A stretch of DNA of 64,000 bases from Candidatus Enterousia sp. (GTDB lineage Bacteria; Pseudomonadota; Alphaproteobacteria; Rs-D84), in contig JAZQCG010000001.1 of the NCBI GenBank assembly GCA_045546155.1, positions 24,525 to 88,524 on the forward strand, read 5' to 3'. The notes under the pieces are model-generated. The model made no database searches. It saw only the letters and a list, made by a program, of their open reading frames with translations, and was not told the DNA's origin. A program made the position numbers and the translations under genes. Below, piece after piece: positions 37,355-46,947 of this stretch. Positions within the stretch are counted from its first letter, which is position 1. The number at the start of each line of letters is the position of its first letter.

Positions 37355-38380
37355 TTAGAACGTCAATCGCATACCAGCGGACACAAATGGTGTTTTTGAC
37401 GTTATCCCCATTGAAATCCATCCGTCGACATTTGCACTGTACTTATATCTGAACGATCCAATTAACATATGATCCATAAAATCGTCTACATCACGATTCC
37501 AGATACCTGTATCTGAAAACATATATGTCAAAGATACACTGTATTGAAATAAATCATAGCTGACCCCAGTTCCTGCAACGATACCATCTGATACTGGGCC
37601 GGTCGGATTGTCGTCATAAATCAATCGTGCGGTTGTACCCCAAATCCAGCTGTTGTACTGAATATTCATCCCTGCGGTTAATTGTGTACGTGAATCTGCG
37701 GTAACTGGTGGCGCATATACGTCTGTACTAAATGCGTGTGGGTTATTCATAAAAGATGCGCCCAATGAAAACGCACGTTTAACCTTGCCATCGGATTTGC
37801 GAATTTTTAATCCGCCATCTACTGCATAATCATAGTCGTCTGTTATCCCAGACAAAGATAATCCATATTGTGCACCATTGATTTGTGATGTTGCAACATT
37901 AACGCGCAACGCACTCCGCCCTGTGGTCAGTGTTGTATCAGAAATAACCGGCCCTTCTGGAACGATTTTTTTATGAAATATTGGTCGGTCATTTATACGC
38001 AGGCCGCCAACATCCGGCAATCCAACCCCCAGTTTTCGCGCAATTGAATCTGTGAATCCGACTTCAATCCGGCCAACTTGTTTTAATTGATAGAATCCAA
38101 ATGCTTCGCGGAAAGCTTTGCCATCATCGGTTGCAGCGGCATCCAAAGAATACACTGCGCCAAATTTGTGATTGTCATTTGCGTTCAGGTCTATTTCACC
38201 CCGCACGCGCCAGTCCCCAATAAAAAGCGGTGTTTCAAAATCAGGCTGAATAATGCCACCTGTTCCGTATCCAGTTAATTTAAAATCAAATTTACCCGCA
38301 CTATAATCAATCGCATGTGCCACCGTCCCAGACAATATTAATGCAATTGTCGCGGTGTAAAACTTGCTATAAAATCCCAT
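37355..38380 (-). CDS. Outer-membrane beta-barrel protein (porin-like)
   Basis: Signal peptide ...GTVAHA|ID, alternating amphipathic beta strands and a terminal Phe (GMRLTF). Confidence 0.7.
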   Translation of the reverse strand: MGFYSKFYTATIALILSGTVAHAIDYSAGKFDFKLTGYGTGGIIQPDFETPLFIGDWRVRGEIDLNANDNHKFGAVYSLDAAATDDGKAFREAFGFYQLKQVGRIEVGFTDSIARKLGVGLPDVGGLRINDRPIFHKKIVPEGPVISDTTLTTGRSALRVNVATSQINGAQYGLSLSGITDDYDYAVDGGLKIRKSDGKVKRAFSLGASFMNNPHAFSTDVYAPPVTADSRTQLTAGMNIQYNSWIWGTTARLIYDDNPTGPVSDGIVAGTGVSYDLFQYSVSLTYMFSDTGIWNRDVDDFMDHMLIGSFRYKYSANVDGWISMGITSKTPFVSAGMRLTF

Positions 38381-38385
38381 CCCTA

Positions 38386-39297
38386 CTATCCTTGACTTTC
38401 TTTTAAAATCGCATCGCGTAATTTATTGTATGCGCGTTCTTCAATTTGTCGAACACGTTCGCGCGAAATACCATACTTTTGTGCGCATGATTCCAATGTT
38501 GCCACCGGATCAGACAGGCGGCGTGCCTTTAATATTTCACGGTCGCGTTCCGGTAGTGCATCCAGATGCTTGCGCAACAATTCGTATCCACGTCGACGAA
38601 ACTCTAATCTTTCCAGCGAATCTTCAATCGTTGCCCGATTGTCCGCCAGATTAGACAATATATCTGTCGAGCCTTCGTCCCCGACATGCGCCGGCGCATT
38701 TAATGAAACGTCACGCGCCCCAACCCGCGTTGCCATACGCTTTACATCATTTTCAGGCACATCCAGATATTCTGCAATTTGTTTTGTTTGGTCGTCGCTT
38801 AGATTATTGTCCATAATCCCCAGTGCGCGCTTGGCCCGTGCCAGGTTAAAGAAAACCCGCTTTTGATTTGCAGATGTTCCAATTTTTACAATAGACCAGT
38901 TATTAAGAATTGTTTCATAAATTTCTGCCCGCACCCAGAACATTGCATATGTTGAAAACCGGAAACCTTTTTCAGGGTCAAATTTTTGCAACGCCTGCAT
39001 CAGGCCCATATTACCACTGGCAATCAAATCGCCAACTGGAATACCATAGTTTTTGAAATCATACGCCACCGACACCACCATCCGCAGGTGTGATGCCACT
39101 AATTTTTCCCCCGCGACCTGGTCATGATTTTTAACCCATTGGGTTGCGTATTCATATTCTTCTTCGGCGGAAAGCAGTGGAATTTTTTGTACTGTTTGGA
39201 TATATTGTGCCAAACCAGATTCATCACTAACCCCACGGGCAGACACCAGTGAAGTATTTGTTTGTACCGGCAAAGCGTTCTTGATTTGCTTTTTCAT
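38386..39297 (-). CDS. rpoH: RNA polymerase sigma-32 factor RpoH
   Basis: Sigma-70 regions 2 to 4 and an RpoH-box-like QKRVFFNLARAKR. Confidence 0.9.
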   Translation of the reverse strand: MKKQIKNALPVQTNTSLVSARGVSDESGLAQYIQTVQKIPLLSAEEEYEYATQWVKNHDQVAGEKLVASHLRMVVSVAYDFKNYGIPVGDLIASGNMGLMQALQKFDPEKGFRFSTYAMFWVRAEIYETILNNWSIVKIGTSANQKRVFFNLARAKRALGIMDNNLSDDQTKQIAEYLDVPENDVKRMATRVGARDVSLNAPAHVGDEGSTDILSNLADNRATIEDSLERLEFRRRGYELLRKHLDALPERDREILKARRLSDPVATLESCAQKYGISRERVRQIEERAYNKLRDAILKESQG

Positions 39298-39351
39298 AAC
39301 TTTTATAGTATATCATAATTTGATAATTATCAAGCACAGGAGAATTATAAA

Positions 39352-40002
39352 ATGTCATCAATGTTATCAAGAAATCAAAAAGTAGCTCCAAAAAAGAAAA
39401 CACGTCAAGAATATGCCGAAGATGCCCTGTATCGTGAAGTATGGGAAGATGTAAATAACGAAAAGACATTAAAGTTTATCAAAAAATACTATCGTCATTT
39501 AATTGCGGGTGCGCTGGTTATAATGATTATCGCGACTGGTTTCCAGATTGGCGTACGTCATATCAATGCACAAAAAATGCGTACAGCTGAAATGTACGAA
39601 GAAGCCTTGGCCAGTGTTGATGCGAATAATCTAGCACATTTTGCAGATGACGCATCGGGGGCGACGGCGGACCTGGCATTGTTCCAGGCATACTTGCTGG
39701 ACGGTGATGTAACAAAACTGGAACGTTTGGCGACCGATGGTAACACGCGTGATTTTCGTGACTTGGCACGTTTGCATGTTGTTGGGGTGCGTGGCGACGA
39801 TATGACAGCGGCGGATGTTGAAAAATACCTGTCGGATTTGGATACTAAAAATTCACCATTTTATTACACAGCCTGTTTAACTATTGCGCAAAAATATCTG
39901 GTTGATGGCAATCGCGAAGTTGCAAATAAATGGTTGGATAAAATCTTGAACGACAAAGATGCGCCGGCTTCAATTGTTGGAACGGCAACAACATTGCGAT
40001 AA
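39352..40002 (+). CDS. YfgM-like membrane-anchored TPR-like protein
   Basis: Single TM (LIAGALVIMIIATGF), helical C-terminus, directly upstream of a BamB-like gene. Partly a positional call. Confidence 0.55.
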   Translation: MSSMLSRNQKVAPKKKTRQEYAEDALYREVWEDVNNEKTLKFIKKYYRHLIAGALVIMIIATGFQIGVRHINAQKMRTAEMYEEALASVDANNLAHFADDASGATADLALFQAYLLDGDVTKLERLATDGNTRDFRDLARLHVVGVRGDDMTAADVEKYLSDLDTKNSPFYYTACLTIAQKYLVDGNREVANKWLDKILNDKDAPASIVGTATTLR

Positions 40003-40013
40003 AAGGTTCGGAT

Positions 40014-40733
40014 ATGAAACGTGTGCTTGTTGGTATTTTGTCGGTATTGGCATTGGGGGCATGTGATAAACATGACCCTATTTTGCCGGGTACGCGTTCC
40101 CCGATATTTGCAACGTCTAATATAACGGTTTTAAACCAAGATATTACAGATTTGCCAACCGGTGCGTATGCGGCATCTGATATTGATTGTCCATATACAC
40201 GTGATGCATCAAACGTTGTTTGGGATGGCACGCGCAAAGTATTCAGTGGTTTTGCCACAGATAATTCTGTTGCATCTGATATAAAACCTGTGTGCGCTGG
40301 TAAGTATATTTATGTTGGACTGACAACTGGCGAATTAGTAAAAATAGAGCCCAAGACCCGTAAAATAATGTGGATTGCCGATATTTATCGGGCCAGTAAC
40401 ATGACCGGTGGCGCATCCATGTTGGATATTGTTGCCGAACCAATTGTTTGTGATAAATATGTGTATGTGGGCGGCCTGGGGGATGCGTTTTGTAAAATAA
40501 ACGCGACGTCGGGTGCGCGCGTATGGTGCACGAATATTAGTGTTCCAACCGATTTTACCATTGCCGGCAACACAGCCTTTGTTTCTGGTGCAGACAAGAC
40601 ATTATATGCATTGCGCTTAACCGATGGTGCGGTATATTGGACCGCCCCAATTGAAAAAATTACCACACCGATTTATGAAAACAAAACTGTAACAGTTGGC
40701 AAACAGAAATTTAATGCAATAAATGGTAAATAA
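40014..40733 (+). CDS. BamB-like PQQ-repeat lipoprotein (unusually short, 239 aa)
   Basis: Lipobox LALGAC. Repeated G.L..I....G...W blades: GELVKIEPKTRKIMW, DAFCKINATSGARVW, KTLYALRLTDGAVYW. Confidence 0.65.
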   Translation: MKRVLVGILSVLALGACDKHDPILPGTRSPIFATSNITVLNQDITDLPTGAYAASDIDCPYTRDASNVVWDGTRKVFSGFATDNSVASDIKPVCAGKYIYVGLTTGELVKIEPKTRKIMWIADIYRASNMTGGASMLDIVAEPIVCDKYVYVGGLGDAFCKINATSGARVWCTNISVPTDFTIAGNTAFVSGADKTLYALRLTDGAVYWTAPIEKITTPIYENKTVTVGKQKFNAINGK

Positions 40734-40760
40734 AAAACACCGGCATTTGCCGGTATTTTT
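40733..40760. terminator. Bidirectional terminator, CCGGCATTTGCCGG family
   Basis: AAAAAACACCGGC-ATTT-GCCGGTATTTTT. Confidence 0.75.
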
Positions 40761-40766
40761 ATAAAA

Positions 40767-40787
40767 TCTGGTGGGTGGTATTGGACT
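40767..40787. repeat. 21-nt direct repeat duplicating the 3' end of tRNA-Val (att-like)
   Basis: TCTGGTGGGTGGTATTGGACT is identical to 40934-40954, which covers the tRNA 3' acceptor and T-stem plus 2 flanking nt. Confidence 0.9.
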
Positions 40788-40935
40788 GGCCTGGCGGCCG
40801 CACAGGCGCAAATCGGCATTGCCGACCGCGATACTTTCGTCTCGCTTTTGCTGGTTGTCGAACCAACCCCTGTTGGTTCTTCGTCTACCACCGCAATCCA
40901 CAATAAAAAAATCGGGATAAACCCGAATTTTTATT

Positions 40936-41012
40936 CTGGTGGGTGGTATTGGACTCGAACCAACGACCTTTACGATGTCAACGTAACGCTCTAACCAACT
41001 GAGCTAACCACC
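40936..41012 (-). tRNA. tRNA-Val (anticodon GAC)
   Basis: Manual cloverleaf: GGGTGGT/ACCACCC acceptor, GCTC-AGTTGGTTA-GAGC, TTACG-TTGACAT-CGTAA, GTTGG-TTCGAGT-CCAAT, encoded CCA. 77 nt. Confidence 0.92.
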
Positions 41013-41026
41013 CAAAACTGTTTTTT

Positions 41027-41100
41027 CTGGGGTTATGTCCGTGAAACCGATGACCTTTACGATGTCAACGTAACGCGGCTCACCAACTTTGCTAACCACC
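41027..41100 (-). pseudogene. Decayed tRNA-Val(GAC) copy
   Basis: Shares the 25-nt anticodon-arm block GACCTTTACGATGTCAACGTAACGC and the 5' acceptor plus flank TAACCACCCAAAAC with the intact gene. The D arm, T arm and 3' acceptor no longer pair. Confidence 0.75.
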
Positions 41101-41189
41101 CAAAACTTTCCCGATTATAACAGAGTTTTTTCTAATTGCAAACACTAAATGCTATGGGATATAATACCAATTGTAATGGGGAACCCGTT

Positions 41190-41350
41190 ATGCGAGATTA
41201 GTACTCTCGCCCAACAGTCGTCTGCGCAGGCGTTAATTGCTCCAACCCGTGGTTGGAGGGCGATGAATATATTGAATAAATCGCTGAGCATACTGTTGTG
41301 CAAAGTACTAACCTCCAACCACCCCTTATCCAAGCGGTGGTTTTATTTTA
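41190..41350 (+). ncRNA. Candidate structured RNA or attenuator leader upstream of the XRE gene
   Basis: Long-range helices 41194-41205/41304-41315 and 41212-41218/41292-41298. Hairpin 41240-41247/41251-41258 competes with a perfect 11-bp pairing 41249-41259/41312-41322. That pairing overlaps terminator stem 41317-41323/41336-41342, which is followed by a T-run. Confidence 0.4.
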
Positions 41351-41374
41351 TATAAACAAAAAAAGGGGGCTGTC

Positions 41375-41569
41375 ATGACGTTTGGCCAGGAAATAGAGCA
41401 TATACGAAAACTGCGCGGATATACAATTATTGATATGTGCGATATTTTAGGTGTGCATGAATCCGAATATAAACATATAATTGCACATGGTGGCCCATTG
41501 AATACGTACCAAAAAATATCCCTTGTTATTGCGATGGAATATCCTTTTTATTCGATGCCAAAAAATTAA
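41375..41569 (+). CDS. Small XRE-family helix-turn-helix protein (64 aa)
   Basis: IRKLRGYTIIDMCDILGVHESEYKHI fits an HTH_XRE pattern. A GGGGG Shine-Dalgarno sits 7 nt upstream. Confidence 0.65.
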   Translation: MTFGQEIEHIRKLRGYTIIDMCDILGVHESEYKHIIAHGGPLNTYQKISLVIAMEYPFYSMPKN

Positions 41570-41570
41570 C

Positions 41571-41600
41571 AAAAACACCGGCATTTGCCGGCGTTTTTTT
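41571..41600. terminator. Bidirectional terminator, CCGGCATTTGCCGG family
   Basis: AAAAACACCGGC-ATTT-GCCGGCGTTTTTTT, overlapping the accC stop. Confidence 0.75.
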
Positions 41601-42960
41601 ATTCTTTTTTCAAGAAGTTTTCCAACCATTTATTGTCAAAGTTTAATTGTTTGACATCCTTGTTGGCTAATAACTTTTGTTGTAATGGGATTGTTGTTTT
41701 GACCCCTTCGATTACAAATTCATCCAACGCACGTGTCGCACGCATAATACATGCCGGACGATTAGGTGCATGGACAATCAATTTTGCAATCATAGAATCA
41801 TATGTCGCAGGAATTGTGTAACCGGTGTATGCTGCACTGTCGACACGAACACCCATCCCGCCCGCTGGGGCATAAAGTGTGATTTTGCCCGGATTTGGGA
41901 CAAATGTTTCTGGGTCTTCGGCATTGATACGAAATTCAATTGCATGGCCATTTGGTATAACGTTCGATTGATTATATCCCAACTTTTCGCCCGCTGCGAT
42001 ACGAATTTGTTCACGTACCAAATCAACACCATATACCATTTCTGTAACTGGATGTTCCACCTGAAGGCGTGTGTTCATTTCCAGAAAATAGAATTTGCCA
42101 TCTTCGAACATAAATTCAAATGTTCCCGCATTTGTATATCCCATTTTCTTGGCGGCTGATTTGCATACCTCAATCATGTCATCGCGCTGTTTCTGGGTCA
42201 ATATTGCGGCTGGGCATTCTTCCATAACTTTTTGATTACGGCGCTGTAACGAACAGTCGCGTTCGCCAAATATAACAACATTGCCGTGTTGGTCGCCCAG
42301 TACCTGAAATTCGATATGACGCGGATGTGTCAATAATTTTTCCATATAAAGCGTATCGTCGCCGAACGCAGATTGTGCTTCGTTCTTAGTTAACTGATAT
42401 GCTTCCTTCATGTCTGCTTCGTTCATAACGGCGCGCATACCACGTCCACCACCGCCTGCGGCGGCCTTTAACATAATTGGATAGCCGATTTTTTGTGCAC
42501 ATTCGATGGCGTGTTCCAAACTTGTTACCGCCCCATCAGACCCCGGCACAACCGGCAGCCCGCATTCAATTGCTGTGCGCTTAGCATTAACTTTGTCACC
42601 CATTTTTTCAATCATATCAGGCGACGGGCCAACCCAAATCATTTTGTGTTGTTCAACCTTGCGGGCAAAGTCTGCGCGTTCGGATAAAAAACCGTACCCT
42701 GGGTGAATTGCATCCGCGTTCGTTAACAATGCCGCGGTTAAAATAGCAGATTCGTTTAAATAAGAATCACGAACCGCCGCCGGTCCAATACATACAGATT
42801 CGTCTGCTAACTGGACATGCATTGCGTTGCGATCTGCGGTTGAATATACTGCAACCGTACGGATTCCCATGTCACGACATGCGCGAATAATGCGCAGTGC
42901 GATTTCGCCACGATTAGCAATTAAAACTTTTTTTATTTGTGACATTTTATTCAATAACAA
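41599..42960 (-). CDS. accC: Acetyl-CoA carboxylase biotin carboxylase subunit
   Basis: KVLIANRGEIALRIIRAC N-terminus and ATP-grasp motifs. Confidence 0.96.
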   Translation of the reverse strand: MLLNKMSQIKKVLIANRGEIALRIIRACRDMGIRTVAVYSTADRNAMHVQLADESVCIGPAAVRDSYLNESAILTAALLTNADAIHPGYGFLSERADFARKVEQHKMIWVGPSPDMIEKMGDKVNAKRTAIECGLPVVPGSDGAVTSLEHAIECAQKIGYPIMLKAAAGGGGRGMRAVMNEADMKEAYQLTKNEAQSAFGDDTLYMEKLLTHPRHIEFQVLGDQHGNVVIFGERDCSLQRRNQKVMEECPAAILTQKQRDDMIEVCKSAAKKMGYTNAGTFEFMFEDGKFYFLEMNTRLQVEHPVTEMVYGVDLVREQIRIAAGEKLGYNQSNVIPNGHAIEFRINAEDPETFVPNPGKITLYAPAGGMGVRVDSAAYTGYTIPATYDSMIAKLIVHAPNRPACIMRATRALDEFVIEGVKTTIPLQQKLLANKDVKQLNFDNKWLENFLKKE

Positions 42961-43384
42961 TCAAAGGTTGGTCAAATTCAACCGCAGCGCCGTCGGTTAC
43001 CAAAATTTCTTTAACAACGCCATCAATATCAGATTTGATTGGGTTAAATGTTTTCATCGCTTCGACCAATGCAACTGTATCGCCGGCTTTAACCTGTGTG
43101 CCCACTGAAACAAATGGTTTTGCGCCCGGTTCTGGGGCCAGATATACAACACCGACCATTGGTGATTTTAATGCGCATCCATTAATTTTATCTTCGCATG
43201 TTGCGCCAACTTTTTTTGTTTCGACACTTGGTGCAGATACTGCCACAGTTGCCGCCTGTTGCTTTGATAAATGAATATGTTTACGATATAAACCGAACAA
43301 AAACTGACGCTCCAGATTTAATTCGGTAATTCCCATCTCGTCCATGATTTTAGACATAGATTCAACGGTTGCACGAAATGACAT
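42947..43384 (-). CDS. accB: Acetyl-CoA carboxylase biotin carboxyl carrier protein
   Basis: Biotinylation motif VEAMKTFN. Overlaps the accC start by 14 nt. Confidence 0.93.
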   Translation of the reverse strand: MSFRATVESMSKIMDEMGITELNLERQFLFGLYRKHIHLSKQQAATVAVSAPSVETKKVGATCEDKINGCALKSPMVGVVYLAPEPGAKPFVSVGTQVKAGDTVALVEAMKTFNPIKSDIDGVVKEILVTDGAAVEFDQPLIVIE

Positions 43385-43456
43385 TTTATAAATCCTTTTA
43401 ATATTTTTTTATCGCATCCTTAAATTCTATCACAAAGTAGCCGATTGTCAAGCATA

Positions 43457-43702
43457 TCACGGCACAGGGTCGTATCCAAACCCGCCACCTGGTCGACACC
43501 GGCAAATACGTTTTATTCCCATGTATGCGCCACGCAATGCGCCGTATTTTTCGATAGCGGTGCGTGTATATTCGCTGCATGTTGGGACAAATCTGCATGC
43601 GGCGCGTCCGCCAATAAATGGCGAAATGCATACCTGGTACAATCGCACCAGTCGTATTGCAACGCGTTGCATAAATGTATGATTATTTTTCAGGTTGCCC
43701 AT
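43457..43702 (-). CDS. yidD: Membrane protein insertion efficiency factor YidD
   Basis: LVRLYQVCISPFIGG..CRFVPTCSEYTRTAIEKYG. The start could instead be the internal MQRV Met (43672), which removes the overlap with rnpA. Confidence 0.88.
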   Translation of the reverse strand: MGNLKNNHTFMQRVAIRLVRLYQVCISPFIGGRAACRFVPTCSEYTRTAIEKYGALRGAYMGIKRICRCRPGGGFGYDPVP

Positions 43703-44063
43703 TTTTATATGATTTTTTTATCCAGTGCAATGCTTTGCGCATTGCAACACAGCCTTCTTCGCGGGTGGCTTTTAATATCGGTGCGCGTGCAACAAATATA
43801 TAGTCCATATTTGGCAACATCATGTCATGATGAAACCTGATCCACTCGCGCAGAAGGCGCTTTGCACGATTTCTATCGACGGCGTGTTTAAATGTGCGCT
43901 TGGTAACGACCAACCCATACCGCGCATCATTTGGAAAGCGTGCATATTTTGCCCGTACGATAAAGTACGATGACAGCCCCGACAAATCATCGGGGGTTAT
44001 TGCGAAATCTGCATGATTTTTAATTGTCTTGCGCATGCCTCTTATAATATCACATAAAATCAA
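43683..44063 (-). CDS. rnpA: Ribonuclease P protein component
   Basis: RnpA motif AVDRNRAKRLLREW. Upstream of yidD. Confidence 0.88.
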   Translation of the reverse strand: MILCDIIRGMRKTIKNHADFAITPDDLSGLSSYFIVRAKYARFPNDARYGLVVTKRTFKHAVDRNRAKRLLREWIRFHHDMMLPNMDYIFVARAPILKATREEGCVAMRKALHWIKKSYKNGQPEK

Positions 44064-44152
44064 TAGTCAAACTTTTTTTATGTGTGTACCTTGATTTTTG
44101 CTAATCCCCGTTTTATAGTGACATGTGCAAATATATTAATCATATTTTTTAG

Positions 44153-45211
<1,059 letters not shown>

Positions 45212-45223
45212 TAAAAAAGACCG

Positions 45224-45250
45224 GTGTTTACCGGCCTTTTTTATTTGATT
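45224..45250 (+). terminator. Intrinsic terminator after mreB
   Basis: AAGACCGG-TGTTTA-CCGGCCTTTTTT. Confidence 0.7.
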
Positions 45251-45299
45251 TTGATGGCACTGTTTCCTAGAATTAATCGTAACAGCAAAGGAAGTTTTT

Positions 45300-46382
45300 A
45301 TGAAAATTTATGAACAAATCGAACTGGATTTCAAGGATGTCTTGATTAAGCCCAAGCGTTCCTATATCAATTCACGCTCTGAAACAGATGTGACACGTGA
45401 ATACAAGTTTAAATGGTGTCCACGTAAAATTGTTGGGACTGGTGTAATTACGGCTAATATGGCAACGGTTGGTACATTTGAAATTGCACAGCATATGATG
45501 CAAAACAAAATGTTTTGTTGCTTGCATAAGCATTATTCTTTGGATGAATTGGTTGAATTTATCACAAAAAACGATTGCACAGAATATGTGTTTTTATCCA
45601 TGGGACTGCGCGACGATGATATTGCCAAAATGGATGAAATATTAACGCGTTTCCCAGACAAATGTCGCAACGTCTGTATTGATGTGCCAAACGCATATAT
45701 TCCACGTGTCAAAGACCTGGTTATTCGTATGCGCCAAAAATATCCAGATATTTTATTAATGGTTGGTAATGCTGTGACGGCTGAATTGGTCGAAGATTTA
45801 ATATTATCCGGTGCAGACATAATCAAATGTGGCATCGGCAGTGGCAGCGCCTGTACCACCCGTCGCATGACCGGTGTTGGTCGTCCGCAATTATCTACGA
45901 TTTTTGAGTGTGCAGATGTCGCACATGGTATCGGCGGTATGATTTGTTCGGATGGGGGCATCGTTCATATCGGCGACGTAGCCAAGGCATTTGGTGCCGG
46001 TGCAGACTTCGTGATGATGGGCGGATTTTTTGCAGGGTGTCCCGAAGCCGCCGGTGATATTATAACTAAGAAATATAAAACAACCCAGATTGATGAAAAC
46101 GGCGAATTTGTGATTGAAACAAAACAGTTCAAGGTTTTCTATGGCATGTCGTCCGAGTATGCCCAGAAAACACACTATTGCGGTATGCCATCATATCGCG
46201 CCAGCGAAGGCCGCTTTGTAGAAGTTCCCCTTAAACCATCGATTGACCGATTGTTACAGGATATATTGGGTGGTTTGCGTTCCTGCATGACATACGTTGG
46301 TGCGCGTCGATTAAAAGACTTGTCTAAATGCACAACGTTTTATCGTGTAAATACGCAATTAAATACAGTGTTTGAAAAGTAA
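45300..46382 (+). CDS. guaC: GMP reductase
   Basis: LDFKDVLIKPKRS, GIGSGSACTTR and GGLRS motifs, near-collinear with E. coli GuaC as I recall it. Confidence 0.92.
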   Translation: MKIYEQIELDFKDVLIKPKRSYINSRSETDVTREYKFKWCPRKIVGTGVITANMATVGTFEIAQHMMQNKMFCCLHKHYSLDELVEFITKNDCTEYVFLSMGLRDDDIAKMDEILTRFPDKCRNVCIDVPNAYIPRVKDLVIRMRQKYPDILLMVGNAVTAELVEDLILSGADIIKCGIGSGSACTTRRMTGVGRPQLSTIFECADVAHGIGGMICSDGGIVHIGDVAKAFGAGADFVMMGGFFAGCPEAAGDIITKKYKTTQIDENGEFVIETKQFKVFYGMSSEYAQKTHYCGMPSYRASEGRFVEVPLKPSIDRLLQDILGGLRSCMTYVGARRLKDLSKCTTFYRVNTQLNTVFEK

Positions 46383-46387
46383 TAAAA

Positions 46388-46405
46388 ATCCCCCAAACGG
46401 GGGAT
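46388..46405. terminator. Bidirectional terminator (ATCCCCC..GGGGGAT family)
   Basis: ATCCCCC-AAAC-GGGGGAT flanked by A- and T-runs, between convergent guaC and secB. Confidence 0.75.
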
Positions 46406-46415
46406 TTTTATATTT

Positions 46416-46841
46416 TTATTTTGATTGTCTTTCTTCGTACAATTGTGCGAAATCAACCGGCTGCATTGCAAATGTTGGGAATCCAGATTCGCTTGTCAAA
46501 CGTGTGATTAAGCCACGAACTGCTGGGAACAACAATGTTGGTACATCGATTAACAGTGTACGTTTTTTTGCTTCTTCGTCTTTTTCTTCTTCCATTTGAA
46601 CCAATCCAGAATATGTAGATTCAATCAAGAAAATAGATTTTTCGCCTTCGTTCAATTTAGAGTGAACCTTGGTATTCAAATCAACCATGAACAAATTGTT
46701 CTCAGCGCCTTTGATCTGAATATCGATATTGATTTCAAGTTTGGCCTGGCCGTTATCCTGTTTGAAAAACAGTTCAGGAACGTTTGGACTTTCAAAAGAA
46801 ATATCTTTTAAAAATTGAGATATAATATTGAATTTTGCCAT
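46416..46841 (-). CDS. secB: Protein-export chaperone SecB
   Basis: FNIISQFLKDISFESPNVPELF and an acidic C-terminus. Confidence 0.9.
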   Translation of the reverse strand: MAKFNIISQFLKDISFESPNVPELFFKQDNGQAKLEINIDIQIKGAENNLFMVDLNTKVHSKLNEGEKSIFLIESTYSGLVQMEEEKDEEAKKRTLLIDVPTLLFPAVRGLITRLTSESGFPTFAMQPVDFAQLYEERQSK

Positions 46842-46947
46842 TATATTTTCTCCTTTTCTGGCGGTTCAAGACACTGGACTTATCTTTGTCTTTTATGATA
46901 ATATAGCATTATAAAAATATTTTACAAGTGGGGGATGGGTATAAAAT

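Noticed and set aside
40617-40903. Two overlapping minus-strand ORFs (94 and 76 aa) spanning the GC-rich block and the end of the BamB-like gene
   Set aside because: They run through a terminator hairpin and the att-like repeat and overlap the BamB-like CDS. Open frames of this kind are expected by chance in a GC-rich patch.
40788-40935. Possibility that the GC-rich block plus tRNA-like 3' end is SRP (4.5S) RNA or the acceptor piece of a two-piece tmRNA
   Set aside because: No GGAA-capped domain IV with an AGCA symmetric-loop arrangement in the right order. The acceptor copy is G-C at the 3:70 position, so it lacks alanine identity, and there is no ANDN-type tag frame nearby. The tRNA-like end is simply an exact copy of tRNA-Val.
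41145-41355. ORFs 41149-41355 (plus) and 41145-41333 (minus) over the structured region
   Set aside because: No SD, and they overlap each other. The sequence is dominated by long-range complementary segments and ends in a terminator, so an RNA element is more parsimonious.
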